Virus record (IMG/VR): IMGVR_UViG_3300045988_077922
Location: 1-33,775 of that record
Length of the DNA stretch: 33,775 nt
Strand: one strand, 5' to 3'
From: a virus
A program made the translations under genes and the position numbers. Positions 24,000 through 32,538 of this stretch are shown here, one piece after another. Every line of letters begins with the position of its first letter. Position 1 is the first letter of the stretch. The notes beneath the pieces are model-generated. The model was given only the letters and a program-made list of their open reading frames with translations. It was not told where the DNA came from and did not search any database.

Positions 24000-24024
24000 G
24001 GGGGTGCAGCGATGCGCCCCCTTT
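24000..24024 (+). terminator. GC-rich hairpin (weak terminator or attenuator) just upstream of Tal
   Basis: Stem GGGGGTGC, loop agcgat, stem GCGCCCCC, followed by TTTG. Confidence 0.45.
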
Positions 24025-24044
24025 GCATATAAGGAGGTGCACAG

Positions 24045-25691
24045 ATGATTAGGGTTTTCGAACCAACCGACAAGAGCTTCACCAGCAACGGCGATATAGT
24101 TATTCTGCCGACGAAGGCAAAGGTGACCAAGAAGGACAACGGCGATTACTACCTCGATTTCGAAGCGAGCACGAAGTATGCCGATTATCTGACCAGCGGG
24201 CGGATAATCGTGGCAGACACGCCGCAGGGGGCGCAGGCTTTCCGCATCTCGGACGTTACGAAGAAGAGCACCAAGGTCTCGCTGAAGGCGTGGCACGTGT
24301 ACTACGACTCCAAGAACTACATTATCGCGGATTCGTACGTCGTGGACATGACGGCAAACGCGGCTCTCGACCACCTGAACGAAGCGACGGAGCCGAAGAG
24401 CGAGTTCGCCACCGTCTCGGACGTTCAGACGATCGACTCGTTCCGTTGCGTGCGCAAGTCGCTTTACGAAGCAATCCAGACGGTCATCGAGCGCTGGGGC
24501 GGGCATCTGGTGCGCGACAACTTCCGCATCGAGCTTCGCCAGTCAATCGGTGCCGACAACGGCGTGACCGTCAGGTACAGCAAGAACCTGAAGGAACTGA
24601 CGTGCAAATACGATTGGAGCAGCGTCGTTACCAAGCTTCTGCCAGTAGGCGCGGACGGCATCCTTCTCAACGACCAGAACGCTTCCGCTTCAATCTACGT
24701 CGAGAGCGAGAAGAAATGGGATATTCCGTATACCAAGACCGTCTCGTTCTCGCAATCCGACATCAAGAAGGACGATTACGGCAAAGACGAGACTGCCTAC
24801 CGCAAGGCCCTTGTCGATGACCTGAGACGGCAGGCGCAGGATTATGTCAACAAGAATTGCATGCCGAAGGTCAACTATACGTTGAAGGCAGACATGGAGC
24901 GAGTTACCGACATCGGCGACACGGTGGAGGTTATAGACGAGCGGCTGGGTGTTCACGTCCTGACCAACGTTATCGGCTTTACCTACGACTGCATTCTCGG
25001 CAAGTACACCGAAATCGAGTTCGGGAACTTCCAGAAGACGATCAGCGGGCTTGCTGGGTCGCTCCAATCGTCTGCGCAGAGCGCCGCGCAAAGCACGGTA
25101 AACAACGCTATCCAGGGCGTTACCGATACGGTCACCCAAACAATCATGCAGTCGATTGGCGCTTCTTACGTCATCTACGACGGCTCGAAGATTCTGGTGC
25201 TTGATTCGCTGCCGAAGGAAGACGCGCACAACGTCATCATGATTAACGACAACGGCATCGCGTTCTCGCGCAACGGCATCGCGGGGACTTTCGAAAGCGC
25301 CTGGGGCATCGACGGCACGATGAACATGCAGAACATCAACGTCATCAACTTCGTGGCCGACCTAATCAAGGGCGGAACGCTGAAGCTCGGCGGAAGCGAA
25401 AACGGAAACGGTGTGATGGAGGTTCGCTCGGCGGGCGGCTCGCTTCTGGGGCATCTCGACAAGGACGGGCTTCGCATGTGGGCCAACGACGGCTCGCGCA
25501 TCGAGATCAACGCTTCGCAGGGCCTTGTCGGCTATGACGCGCAGGGTAACGCCACATACGGCGTGACGGACGGCGTTTTCTACATGGCGAACGGGTACAT
25601 CAACAGCTCGCTAGCTATCGGCGGTCTGATGAAGATGGTACCGATTAAGACGGACGCAAGCACGGGAATCGCGTTCGTCGCGCTGGCATAG
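24045..25691 (+). CDS. Tail-associated lysin-type (Tal) / phage minor structural protein, N-terminal-region family
   Basis: MIRVFEPTDKSFTSNGDIVILPTKAKVTKKDNGDYYLDFEAS...AQAFRISDVTKKSTKVSLKAWHVYYD matches the prophage-tail / minor-structural N-terminal pattern. Confidence 0.8.
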   Translation: MIRVFEPTDKSFTSNGDIVILPTKAKVTKKDNGDYYLDFEASTKYADYLTSGRIIVADTPQGAQAFRISDVTKKSTKVSLKAWHVYYDSKNYIIADSYVVDMTANAALDHLNEATEPKSEFATVSDVQTIDSFRCVRKSLYEAIQTVIERWGGHLVRDNFRIELRQSIGADNGVTVRYSKNLKELTCKYDWSSVVTKLLPVGADGILLNDQNASASIYVESEKKWDIPYTKTVSFSQSDIKKDDYGKDETAYRKALVDDLRRQAQDYVNKNCMPKVNYTLKADMERVTDIGDTVEVIDERLGVHVLTNVIGFTYDCILGKYTEIEFGNFQKTISGLAGSLQSSAQSAAQSTVNNAIQGVTDTVTQTIMQSIGASYVIYDGSKILVLDSLPKEDAHNVIMINDNGIAFSRNGIAGTFESAWGIDGTMNMQNINVINFVADLIKGGTLKLGGSENGNGVMEVRSAGGSLLGHLDKDGLRMWANDGSRIEINASQGLVGYDAQGNATYGVTDGVFYMANGYINSSLAIGGLMKMVPIKTDASTGIAFVALA

Positions 25692-25706
25692 GAAGGGGGA
25701 AGAGCA

Positions 25707-27461
25707 ATGGCATCAAGCGGCAGCATCACGGGGGCTTATCGCGGCTACACGCTGCGGGCGGACTGGAGCGCGGTTCAGAACGCTGCGGGCAACTATTCGG
25801 ACGTTACGGTCAAGCACACGCTCGTCATCGGCTCCGCGTACTCGCTGAACATCGCTTCGCGCACGAACACCTGCTCGGTCGGAGGTGTTTCGCAGGGATA
25901 CACCTCTGGAAGCATCAACCAGAAGGGCGGCTCTGTCCTTCTCGGCACGACCGTCCATAGGGTGTCGCACGACGCTGACGGCACGAAGACCGCGCAGCTA
26001 ACCGACACGTTCAACATCAACGCCACGATCGACGGCAAGAAGGTCGGGAGCATCGTAGCTTCGGGCTCAATCTCACTCGACAGGATTGCAAGAAACGCGA
26101 CCATCGTGACCGCCAACGACTTCACGGATGAGACGAACCCGACGCTCACCTACAGCAACCCGTCTTCGTTCTCGTGCGACGTTTCAATCGAGTTCGCGGG
26201 CGGCAGCATCACGAGGGCTGGAGCTGCAAGCGGCGCAAGCGGCTCGTACACGATGCAACTCACCGATTCCGAGCGCACGACCCTGCGCAATGCGAGCAAG
26301 AACTCGCCGACGCTGAAGGTGATCTACGCGCTTAAAACGACCATCGACGGCACCGCGTACTACTCGCGGGCTGAAAGGAAGATGAACGTCGTTGATGCAG
26401 CGCCAGAGCTTGGGGCCGTATCGTATAAGGACACGAACGCGGCAACAGTTGCGGTGACTGGGGACAAGTCGCGCATCGTCCAGAACCATTCGGCGCTGAC
26501 CGTGACGATTCCAACCGCTACCGCGAAGAAGGGCGCGACAATCGCGAGCTACACCATCGCGTTCGGCGGCGTGTCGAAGAAGGTGCAGAGTGCTGGTGCT
26601 GTTTCAATCGGTGCTGTGGACGTTTCGTATTCGCAATCTCTGACAGTCACGGTAACCGACAGCCGTGGGTTCACAGCTAGCAAATCCGTGCAAGTGACGG
26701 TTGACGATTACAGCGCACCTACTGCCGTCATCGACCTGCACCGACTGAACAACTTCGAACCGACCACGTACATCACGGCTCACACACGCTGCTCGTACCT
26801 GAACGGCAAGAACGCCGTGACAATCTCGGCGAAGTTCAAGAAGGTTTCGGATTCGAGCTACGGAACGCCAATCGAGTTGGAGGATTCAACCCAATCAACG
26901 GTGACGTGTGACAGGGATTCTGCATACGACTTCGTTGTGACCATCGCGGACAGGTTGGAATCGACCTACTACAACCTCACGCTCGGAAAGGGCATCCCGT
27001 CTTTCTTCATCGACACCAAGAAGTCCAGCGTCGGCGTGAACTGCCTTCCAAGCCAATCGGACGTTCTGCAACTCGGCGAATCGGCATGGCTGACTGCTCA
27101 GGGAGCTTACCCGGTCGGCGCGATCTACCTGAGCGTGATCGATGCGAATCCCGCTGCATTGTTCGGTGGGACGTGGGAGCGCATCGGCGGGCGTTTCCTT
27201 CTTGGAGCTGATGCCACCTACACGGCGGGCAGCACTGGCGGCGAAGCGGAGTACACGCTGACGGTTGGCGAAATGCCGAAGCACAACCATGATGTTGACA
27301 ACCTCAACGCATCTGGCAACGCCACCCCGTTCATGACTGTTCAGGCGCAGGACAAGAAGGGATTCGGCGGCAACGTCAAGACGATGTACGCGGGCGGAAA
27401 CCAGCCGCACAACAACCTTCCCCCATACCTGGCTGTGTACATGTGGCGGCGAACAGCATAG
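25707..27461 (+). CDS. Receptor-binding / tail fibre protein (DUF859-like N-terminus, tail-collar-like C-terminus)
   Basis: The N-terminus is GSITGAYRGYTLRADWSAVQNAAGNYSDVTVKHTL.... The C-terminus is PVGAIYLSV...NPAALFGGTWERIGGRFLLGA...GSTGGEAEYTLTVGEMPKHNH...GGNQPHNNLPPYLAVYMWRR. Confidence 0.75.
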   Translation: MASSGSITGAYRGYTLRADWSAVQNAAGNYSDVTVKHTLVIGSAYSLNIASRTNTCSVGGVSQGYTSGSINQKGGSVLLGTTVHRVSHDADGTKTAQLTDTFNINATIDGKKVGSIVASGSISLDRIARNATIVTANDFTDETNPTLTYSNPSSFSCDVSIEFAGGSITRAGAASGASGSYTMQLTDSERTTLRNASKNSPTLKVIYALKTTIDGTAYYSRAERKMNVVDAAPELGAVSYKDTNAATVAVTGDKSRIVQNHSALTVTIPTATAKKGATIASYTIAFGGVSKKVQSAGAVSIGAVDVSYSQSLTVTVTDSRGFTASKSVQVTVDDYSAPTAVIDLHRLNNFEPTTYITAHTRCSYLNGKNAVTISAKFKKVSDSSYGTPIELEDSTQSTVTCDRDSAYDFVVTIADRLESTYYNLTLGKGIPSFFIDTKKSSVGVNCLPSQSDVLQLGESAWLTAQGAYPVGAIYLSVIDANPAALFGGTWERIGGRFLLGADATYTAGSTGGEAEYTLTVGEMPKHNHDVDNLNASGNATPFMTVQAQDKKGFGGNVKTMYAGGNQPHNNLPPYLAVYMWRRTA

Positions 27462-27483
27462 ATCTCACGTGAAACATCGAGAA

Positions 27484-27505
27484 AAGCCCCTCAAACGAGG
27501 GGCTT
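27484..27505. terminator. Bidirectional rho-independent terminator between the tail fibre and integrase genes
   Basis: Stem AAGCCCCTC, loop aaac, stem GAGGGGCTT, flanked by gaaaa upstream and tcgttctc downstream. Confidence 0.8.
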
Positions 27506-27585
27506 TCGTTCTCTGGCATCATTGGGTATCAGATAAATCGGATTCTCCATGCTACCTTATAGCTTTAAAAGAGAGGGAAGCCGAA

Positions 27586-29100
27586 TCAGATTCGCAGAGT
27601 GTACTCTAGCTGCGGTTCGATATGGCTTCCCGATTCTGTTTTCGTGTAGTCTACTCTTTCAATAATCATCTTCAATAATCTGTTCTTATCGGCAGTATCC
27701 AGACTGTGGTATTCATCCAATACCTTGGTCAAGATGGGTACTGCTTTTTTCTGTTTGCTTTCACGCTGCGCGATTTTGTCTTCCAGCATGCTTTTTTGTC
27801 GCAGCAGATACGCTTTCTGCGATTGGAGCTTTTGCGACCTGTCAAGATATTTTGCTCGGCTGTAATCGCCAAGCTCGTAAAGCTCGTCAACCCTGTCGAG
27901 CATCTTGTCTTTCTTCTCTATCTCCGATTCAACTATCTCCAGCGCCTTTTCGTCCGTGTCATCTGCTTCGACACCGCCATATTCGGCTAGAACGGTAAGC
28001 TGTCTCGACAGCTCATCCTTCAGCGCATCCAATATCATATTCTCCACCATAGGAAGGCTGGAATTGCGTGTTTCGCATTTGAAGGTCGAGCATTGAAGGC
28101 GTTCCGTGGTCACGCCTTTCCATGTGTAGGTCGTGCGTCTCATGACCTTACCGCACTTCGAACAATGCAGGAACGATGCGAGAGGGTTCGATAGCTGTTT
28201 GCTCACAGCCTGTCTCGTGCTTCTCATCGCGAGAAGTTCCTGGCATTTGTTGAAGGTTTCGACGCTCACTATCGGCTCGTGTTTGCCCTTCACCGTGCCA
28301 TGGTTCAGGTTTCTCACTCGGCTTTCGATTATTTTGCCGTCTTCGATGCGCTTCTCTGTGCGCTTTATCTTGACGTTTATCTCGCCAAGATAGACTCTGT
28401 TCTTGATTATGTCTTGCACCCTGTGGCTCGTCCATGCAGTGTCGTAAACCTTCGACGGCTGGATTCCCATTCTGTTCAGCTCGTGCATTATGCTCGCTGC
28501 AGATTCTCCGCTGGCGTATCTCTCGAATATCATCTGGACGATTGGAGTCTGCTCGTTCGGTACCAGAATCCAGCCCTTGCCGTCTGGGTTCTTCATCTTG
28601 TCGTAGCCGAACGGAGGGGTAGCGCCGATGAAGTAACCATCCTGCTGAGACTGCATCCTTCCTCGAAGCAATCTTCGCTTAATCATCTTGTATTCTCGAC
28701 GGCTCATGAATAGACCGAATTCGAAGAATTCCTCATCGAATTCGTCTTCCCCTGCCAAATCGTATGTTTTGTTCAAGGTGATGATCTTCGTATCCGAGAA
28801 CTGGAACGCCTTCAAGGTCCTCGACTGGTCTTCACCGTTTCCTCGGCTCAATCGTTCAAGCTCCACGCACAGCACGCCATCATATTCGCCAAGTTCGACG
28901 TGCTTCAGCAGCCTTTGCATCTGCGGTCTCGCTTCGATGCTTTCACCTGACACGACTTCTCTGTAAACGTCCTGCTCGCAGACTAGGATGCCCATTCTGT
29001 CTGCCAAATCCTGAAGCATCTTCTCGTGTCTTGCCAGCGTGTCCTCGATGCCAGTGTCATCGTCCTTTCTAGATTTTCTCAAATACATTGCGTATGCCAT
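27586..29100 (-). CDS. int: Large serine recombinase (phage integrase)
   Basis: The N-terminal resolvase domain is MYLRKSRKDD...REVVSGESIEARPQMQRLL...VLCVELERLSRG, followed by a recombinase domain, the zinc ribbon CSKCG...C..FKC and a coiled coil. The gene is AT-richer than the rest of the genome. Confidence 0.9.
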   Translation of the reverse strand: MAYAMYLRKSRKDDDTGIEDTLARHEKMLQDLADRMGILVCEQDVYREVVSGESIEARPQMQRLLKHVELGEYDGVLCVELERLSRGNGEDQSRTLKAFQFSDTKIITLNKTYDLAGEDEFDEEFFEFGLFMSRREYKMIKRRLLRGRMQSQQDGYFIGATPPFGYDKMKNPDGKGWILVPNEQTPIVQMIFERYASGESAASIMHELNRMGIQPSKVYDTAWTSHRVQDIIKNRVYLGEINVKIKRTEKRIEDGKIIESRVRNLNHGTVKGKHEPIVSVETFNKCQELLAMRSTRQAVSKQLSNPLASFLHCSKCGKVMRRTTYTWKGVTTERLQCSTFKCETRNSSLPMVENMILDALKDELSRQLTVLAEYGGVEADDTDEKALEIVESEIEKKDKMLDRVDELYELGDYSRAKYLDRSQKLQSQKAYLLRQKSMLEDKIAQRESKQKKAVPILTKVLDEYHSLDTADKNRLLKMIIERVDYTKTESGSHIEPQLEYTLRI

Positions 29101-29106
29101 TCATAA

Positions 29107-29409
29107 TCAATCCTTTCTCTGCTGCTTCAGGAACATCGCGTACTGCGCTATTTGCTCCAATTCCTCGTTGGTGTAGTTCGGCGTGGAGAACGTTATCTCG
29201 CGCCTTGTTTCGTTTCCGTAGACAAGTTCCTCGATGCTTACTCCGAAGTATTCCGACAGCTTCTTGAGCGTCGGAAGGCTTATGTTCTCAGCGCTTCGGT
29301 TGAACCAACTGTTCACAGCCGAAGGGCTTATCCCGCACTCTTTCGCCAATTTTCGACGGGATATCCCTTTTGCGCTCATAAGATACTGCAAATTGTCAGT
29401 AAATGCCAT
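29107..29409 (-). CDS. XRE-family HTH repressor (CI-like, 100 aa, no peptidase domain)
   Basis: LQYLMSAKGISRRKLAKECGISPSAVNSWFNRSAENISLPTLKKLSEYFGVSIEELVYG is present. The gene is divergent from the Cro-like gene. Confidence 0.85.
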   Translation of the reverse strand: MAFTDNLQYLMSAKGISRRKLAKECGISPSAVNSWFNRSAENISLPTLKKLSEYFGVSIEELVYGNETRREITFSTPNYTNEELEQIAQYAMFLKQQRKD

Positions 29410-29465
29410 CCAAAATTCGACTCCTTTCCCTGCTAAACGTTGGCGTTACCACGTTTGCTAAGACA

Positions 29466-29495
29466 ATTATATAATCTATAGGTGTTCACTGTAAA
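29466..29495 (-). promoter_or_regulatory. Leftward promoter for the repressor-integrase operon
   Basis: On the - strand the -35 is TTTACA (29495-29490) and the -10 is TATAAT (29471-29466), with an 18-nt spacer. Confidence 0.55.
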
Positions 29496-29503
29496 CACTA
29501 TAG
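29476..29503. promoter_or_regulatory. Imperfect 28-bp palindrome; putative operator
   Basis: CTATAGGTGTTcactgtaAACACTATAG overlaps the -35 of the leftward promoter. Confidence 0.55.
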
Positions 29504-29548
29504 TGCTCATTTTTTGATAGTAAATGATAACAAAATTAGAAAAAGCTA

Positions 29549-29576
29549 TTGCAATTTGAAAAATCATACCTATAAT
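29549..29576 (+). promoter_or_regulatory. Rightward early promoter
   Basis: The -35 is TTGCAA (29549-29554) and the -10 is TATAAT (29571-29576), with a 16-nt spacer. Confidence 0.55.
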
Positions 29577-29630
29577 GGAAAATATTAGAGCACATAAGTG
29601 CGTACACCGAGCACAAAAGGGGGTGGACAT

Positions 29631-29900
29631 ATGTACAAGAATCTCAAAGCTGAAATCGCACGTGCTGGCATGACTAACGGAGATATTGCCGAATCAATCG
29701 GCAAGTCGGTTCCCACGGTTTTTCGCCTTCTTTCGGGCAAGCAGCCTTTTCGACTGGGCCAGATGATGGCGCTCCAATCGGAGCTTGAAGAGCGCAACGG
29801 CGCGGCCTACACGCTCGACTATCTTTTCGGGGACGGTGAAGACCATGGAGAGGGGCAACCCGACGAAGGAGCACATGACGGCTCTGTACGACCTGATTAA
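29631..29900 (+). CDS. Cro-like HTH regulator
   Basis: RBS aaagggggtgg precedes ATG 29631. The product is MYKNLKAEIARAGMTNGDIAESIGKSVPTVFRLLSGKQPF. Confidence 0.7.
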   Translation: MYKNLKAEIARAGMTNGDIAESIGKSVPTVFRLLSGKQPFRLGQMMALQSELEERNGAAYTLDYLFGDGEDHGEGQPDEGAHDGSVRPD

Positions 29901-29985
29901 CAAGCTCTTCGAAGGCAAGGACGTGTTTTACACGGACGAAGAGCTGGAAGAAATCAAAGAGAAAGGAACGACAACATGGGTATGA
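29845..29985 (+). CDS. Possible small ORF (46 aa)
   Basis: The product is MERGNPTKEHMTALYDLINKLFEGKDVFYTDEELEEIKEKGTTTWV*. It overlaps the end of the Cro-like ORF. Confidence 0.35.
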   Translation: MERGNPTKEHMTALYDLINKLFEGKDVFYTDEELEEIKEKGTTTWV

Positions 29986-30458
29986 GCATTTACGAAATCG
30001 ACGATTCAATCATGTCGCTGGTTGATATGGAGACGGGCGAAATCGAGGACGAGAAGCGCTTCGACGAGTTGCAGATGGAGCGCACGCAGAAGGTCGAGAA
30101 CATCGGCTGCTTCTACAAGAACCTCATTGCCGAGGCAAAGGCGATGAGGGACGAGGAGACGGCCCTCGCCCAGCGCCGCAAGGCCGTGGAGAACAAGGCC
30201 GAGCGCATCAAGAACCTTCTGGCCTACGCGCTGAGGGGCGAGAAGTTCGAAACGCCCAAGGTGCGGTGCAGCTACCGCAAGTCGAAGAGCGTCCAGGTCG
30301 ATGACGCGTTCGTCGCATGGGCGCAGGAGCACGCCGACGACCTGCTGACCTTCAAGGAGCCTACTCCCAACCGCACGGCAATCAAGGCCGCTCTGGCAGA
30401 CGGGCGCGAAATCGAGCACGCCGAAATCGTCACCAATGAAAACTTGCAGGTGAAGTAG
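29976..30458 (+). CDS. Siphovirus Gp157-family protein
   Basis: MSIYEIDDSIMSLVDMETGEIEDEKRFDELQMERTQKVENIGCFYKNLIAEAKAMRDEETALAQRRKAVENKAERIKNLL fits the family pattern. Confidence 0.75.
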   Translation: MGMSIYEIDDSIMSLVDMETGEIEDEKRFDELQMERTQKVENIGCFYKNLIAEAKAMRDEETALAQRRKAVENKAERIKNLLAYALRGEKFETPKVRCSYRKSKSVQVDDAFVAWAQEHADDLLTFKEPTPNRTAIKAALADGREIEHAEIVTNENLQVK

Positions 30459-30459
30459 C

Positions 30460-30966
30460 ATGCGCGAGCTGAGGGCAAACGAGATAGAGGTGCGCGTGGC
30501 TCAATGCAGCCAAAAGGGCGTGTCGCTCCTGCTTTACAAGGACAGCCGCTGCGATATGCGCATCCTTGACGAGACTTTCGGCATGACGGGTTGGCGCAAC
30601 AGCTACCAGAGCATCAACGGCGAGCTTTTCTGCACCATCGAGGTATTGGACCAGCAGAAGCATCAGTGGATTGGCAAGCAGTCGAACGGCACGCCGTCCA
30701 AGATGGAATCCGAGAAGGGCAGGGCAAGTGACGCATTCAAGCGCGCTGGATTCATGCTCGGAATCGGGCGCGAGCTTTACACGGCTCCGTTCATCTGGGT
30801 TCCAGCCGAGAAGTGCAACGTCAAGCAAGGGAAGAACGGTCGCATGCAATGCTACGACAATTTCCGATGCGAGAAGGTTCGCATCGAGAGCGGCCAGATA
30901 ACGGGGCTGAGCATCTACAACGACACGAAGGGTTGCAGAGCTTACGTCTTCGCAATCGACAAATAG
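30460..30966 (+). CDS. Sak / Rad52-like single-strand annealing protein
   Basis: IEVRV...LLLYKDSRCDMRILDETFGMTGW...SEKGRASDAFKRAGFMLGIGRELY fits the family pattern. Confidence 0.75.
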   Translation: MRELRANEIEVRVAQCSQKGVSLLLYKDSRCDMRILDETFGMTGWRNSYQSINGELFCTIEVLDQQKHQWIGKQSNGTPSKMESEKGRASDAFKRAGFMLGIGRELYTAPFIWVPAEKCNVKQGKNGRMQCYDNFRCEKVRIESGQITGLSIYNDTKGCRAYVFAIDK

Positions 30967-30977
30967 AGAGAGGAACG

Positions 30978-31226
30978 ATGATAATGAAAAACATGGTACA
31001 AATCACGAAAGATGAATTCAAAAGCCTGCTGAAGGCTAAATTCGACCTGGAAATGGTCAAGGATGTTTTGCTTAACAGGGCGAAAGCCGACTGGCTCGGA
31101 AAATATCTCGTGTGGAACGATACGACAACCAGCGCCGTTCTTCGACATATACTGGGGGACGATTACGACAACAAGCTCGAAGAGCTGAACAACAAGATCG
31201 AAGAGCTGAACAAGGAGGACGACTAA
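30978..31226 (+). CDS. Hypothetical protein (AT-rich insert between the annealase and SSB genes)
   Basis: An 82-aa ORF preceded by RBS gagagagga. It has a C-terminal coiled, acidic tail. Confidence 0.6.
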   Translation: MIMKNMVQITKDEFKSLLKAKFDLEMVKDVLLNRAKADWLGKYLVWNDTTTSAVLRHILGDDYDNKLEELNNKIEELNKEDD

Positions 31227-31228
31227 TA

Positions 31229-31690
31229 ATGAGCATCAACCACGTAGCAATCACTGGGAATTTGACACGCGATTCAGAACTTCGCAGCACGGCAGGAGGC
31301 ACGGCAGTCCTGAGCTTCGGAATCGCGGTCAACGATCGCCGCAAGAACCAGCAGACGGGAGAATGGGAAGATTGCCCCAACTTCATTGATTGCACTATGT
31401 TTGGTACTCGTGCACAGAGCGTTTCCCGCTTCCTTTCCAAGGGCAGCAAGGTAGCAATCGATGGCAAGCTCCGTTGGAGCCAGTGGGAACGCGATGGCCA
31501 GAAGCGTAGCAAGATCGAGGTCATCGTGGACGAGATCGAGTTCATGAGCCAGCGCCAGCAGGGGCAGCTCGGGAGCGAGCCTGTGTATGCGGCTCCAGCT
31601 ACGGCACCGCAGCCGCAACAGCAGCAGCAAGATTACCAATCGGTATACAAGCAGCAACCAACCATATACTGCGATGACATCCCGTTTTAA
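31229..31690 (+). CDS. ssb: Single-stranded DNA-binding protein
   Basis: The OB-fold N-terminus is MSINHVAITGNLTRDSELRSTAGGTAVLSFGIAVN. A Q/P-rich linker and the acidic tip DDIPF follow. Confidence 0.9.
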   Translation: MSINHVAITGNLTRDSELRSTAGGTAVLSFGIAVNDRRKNQQTGEWEDCPNFIDCTMFGTRAQSVSRFLSKGSKVAIDGKLRWSQWERDGQKRSKIEVIVDEIEFMSQRQQGQLGSEPVYAAPATAPQPQQQQQDYQSVYKQQPTIYCDDIPF

Positions 31691-31697
31691 CCTAATC

Positions 31698-31723
31698 GAC
31701 GGGGCGCTTCAGGGCGTCCCGTC
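31698..31723 (+). promoter_or_regulatory. 10-bp GC-rich stem-loop after ssb (no U-tract)
   Basis: Stem GACGGGGCGC, loop ttcagg, stem GCGTCCCGTC. Confidence 0.4.
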
Positions 31724-31750
31724 GCCTTGCTTGAAAGGAGGTGACGCGGG

Positions 31751-32215
31751 ATGATTGGCGGAATGATTGGCACAGCCGAGGAAATCATCCATTGGATTTT
31801 CGAGCAGCCGAAGGACTATCAGCTTTACGAGATCAAGGAGCGCAAGCGCAAGCGCACGCTCACACAGAACGCATACTATTGGGCGATGCTCAACCAGCTC
31901 GGCAGGGTCTTGAGGATACCGACCTCTGAGCTTCATTTCCGCATGCTGAAGGAGCACGCACCGTTCGAGGTCGTGAGCGTGCGTTCCGACATCGACGTGT
32001 CTGGGTACTTTCGCTATTACGAGGAGATCGGAACGGGATTCGCTAGCGGGCATGAGTTCACTCATTACCGAATCTACAAGGGTTCGAGCCACATGGACTC
32101 GACGGAGTTCTCGCGGCTCATCGACGGGGCGCGGGAGGAATGCGAAGCGCAGGGTATCTCGGTTCTCACGCGCGAGGAAATAGCAAGATTGAGGTACGTG
32201 GAGGGCGAGGAATGA
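31751..32215 (+). CDS. NinB/Orf-family recombination mediator
   Basis: RTLTQNAYYWAMLNQLG and KGSSHMDSTEFSRLIDGAREECEAQGI parallel the lambda NinB segments RSLDQNRKLWACLGDV and GQSTSRMRVGEFAELLELIQAFG. Confidence 0.65.
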   Translation: MIGGMIGTAEEIIHWIFEQPKDYQLYEIKERKRKRTLTQNAYYWAMLNQLGRVLRIPTSELHFRMLKEHAPFEVVSVRSDIDVSGYFRYYEEIGTGFASGHEFTHYRIYKGSSHMDSTEFSRLIDGAREECEAQGISVLTREEIARLRYVEGEE

Positions 32216-32526
32216 AGGAGCACAGCATTCTAGGTTGCGGCGAATGGTACGACGAGCGGCACGGTGTCCTAATCCGCTGGTACGACGAGCGCGAACCGTG
32301 GCTCGTGCGGCACGAGGTTTTCCACGGCCCGAATCGCAAGAAGTCAATCGAGCTTGGCCTGTACGTCTTCCTGCCGCCCGAAGCCCACAACATGAGCGAC
32401 TACGGTGTGCACTTCAACCGCCCGTTCGAGAAGTACCTGCAAGAGGTGTCGCAGCGCCGCGCAATGGAGCACTACGGCTGGACGCTCGATGATTGGATGA
32501 AGATAATCGGAAGAAACTACGTTTAG
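32212..32526 (+). CDS. Conserved phage protein (HHxFxGxNRK...GVHFN family, degenerate; possible HNH-like fold)
   Basis: LVRHEVFHGPNRKKSIELGLYVFLPPEAHNMSDYGVHFN...YGWTLDDWMKIIGRNY is present. The usual Cys ligands are not present. Confidence 0.4.
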   Translation: MKEHSILGCGEWYDERHGVLIRWYDEREPWLVRHEVFHGPNRKKSIELGLYVFLPPEAHNMSDYGVHFNRPFEKYLQEVSQRRAMEHYGWTLDDWMKIIGRNYV

Positions 32527-32538
32527 GAGGAACGACAA

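Noticed and set aside
25707-27461. A possible diversity-generating retroelement target in the receptor-binding protein.
   Set aside because: No reverse transcriptase gene was found, and I saw no template/variable repeat pair anywhere in the window.
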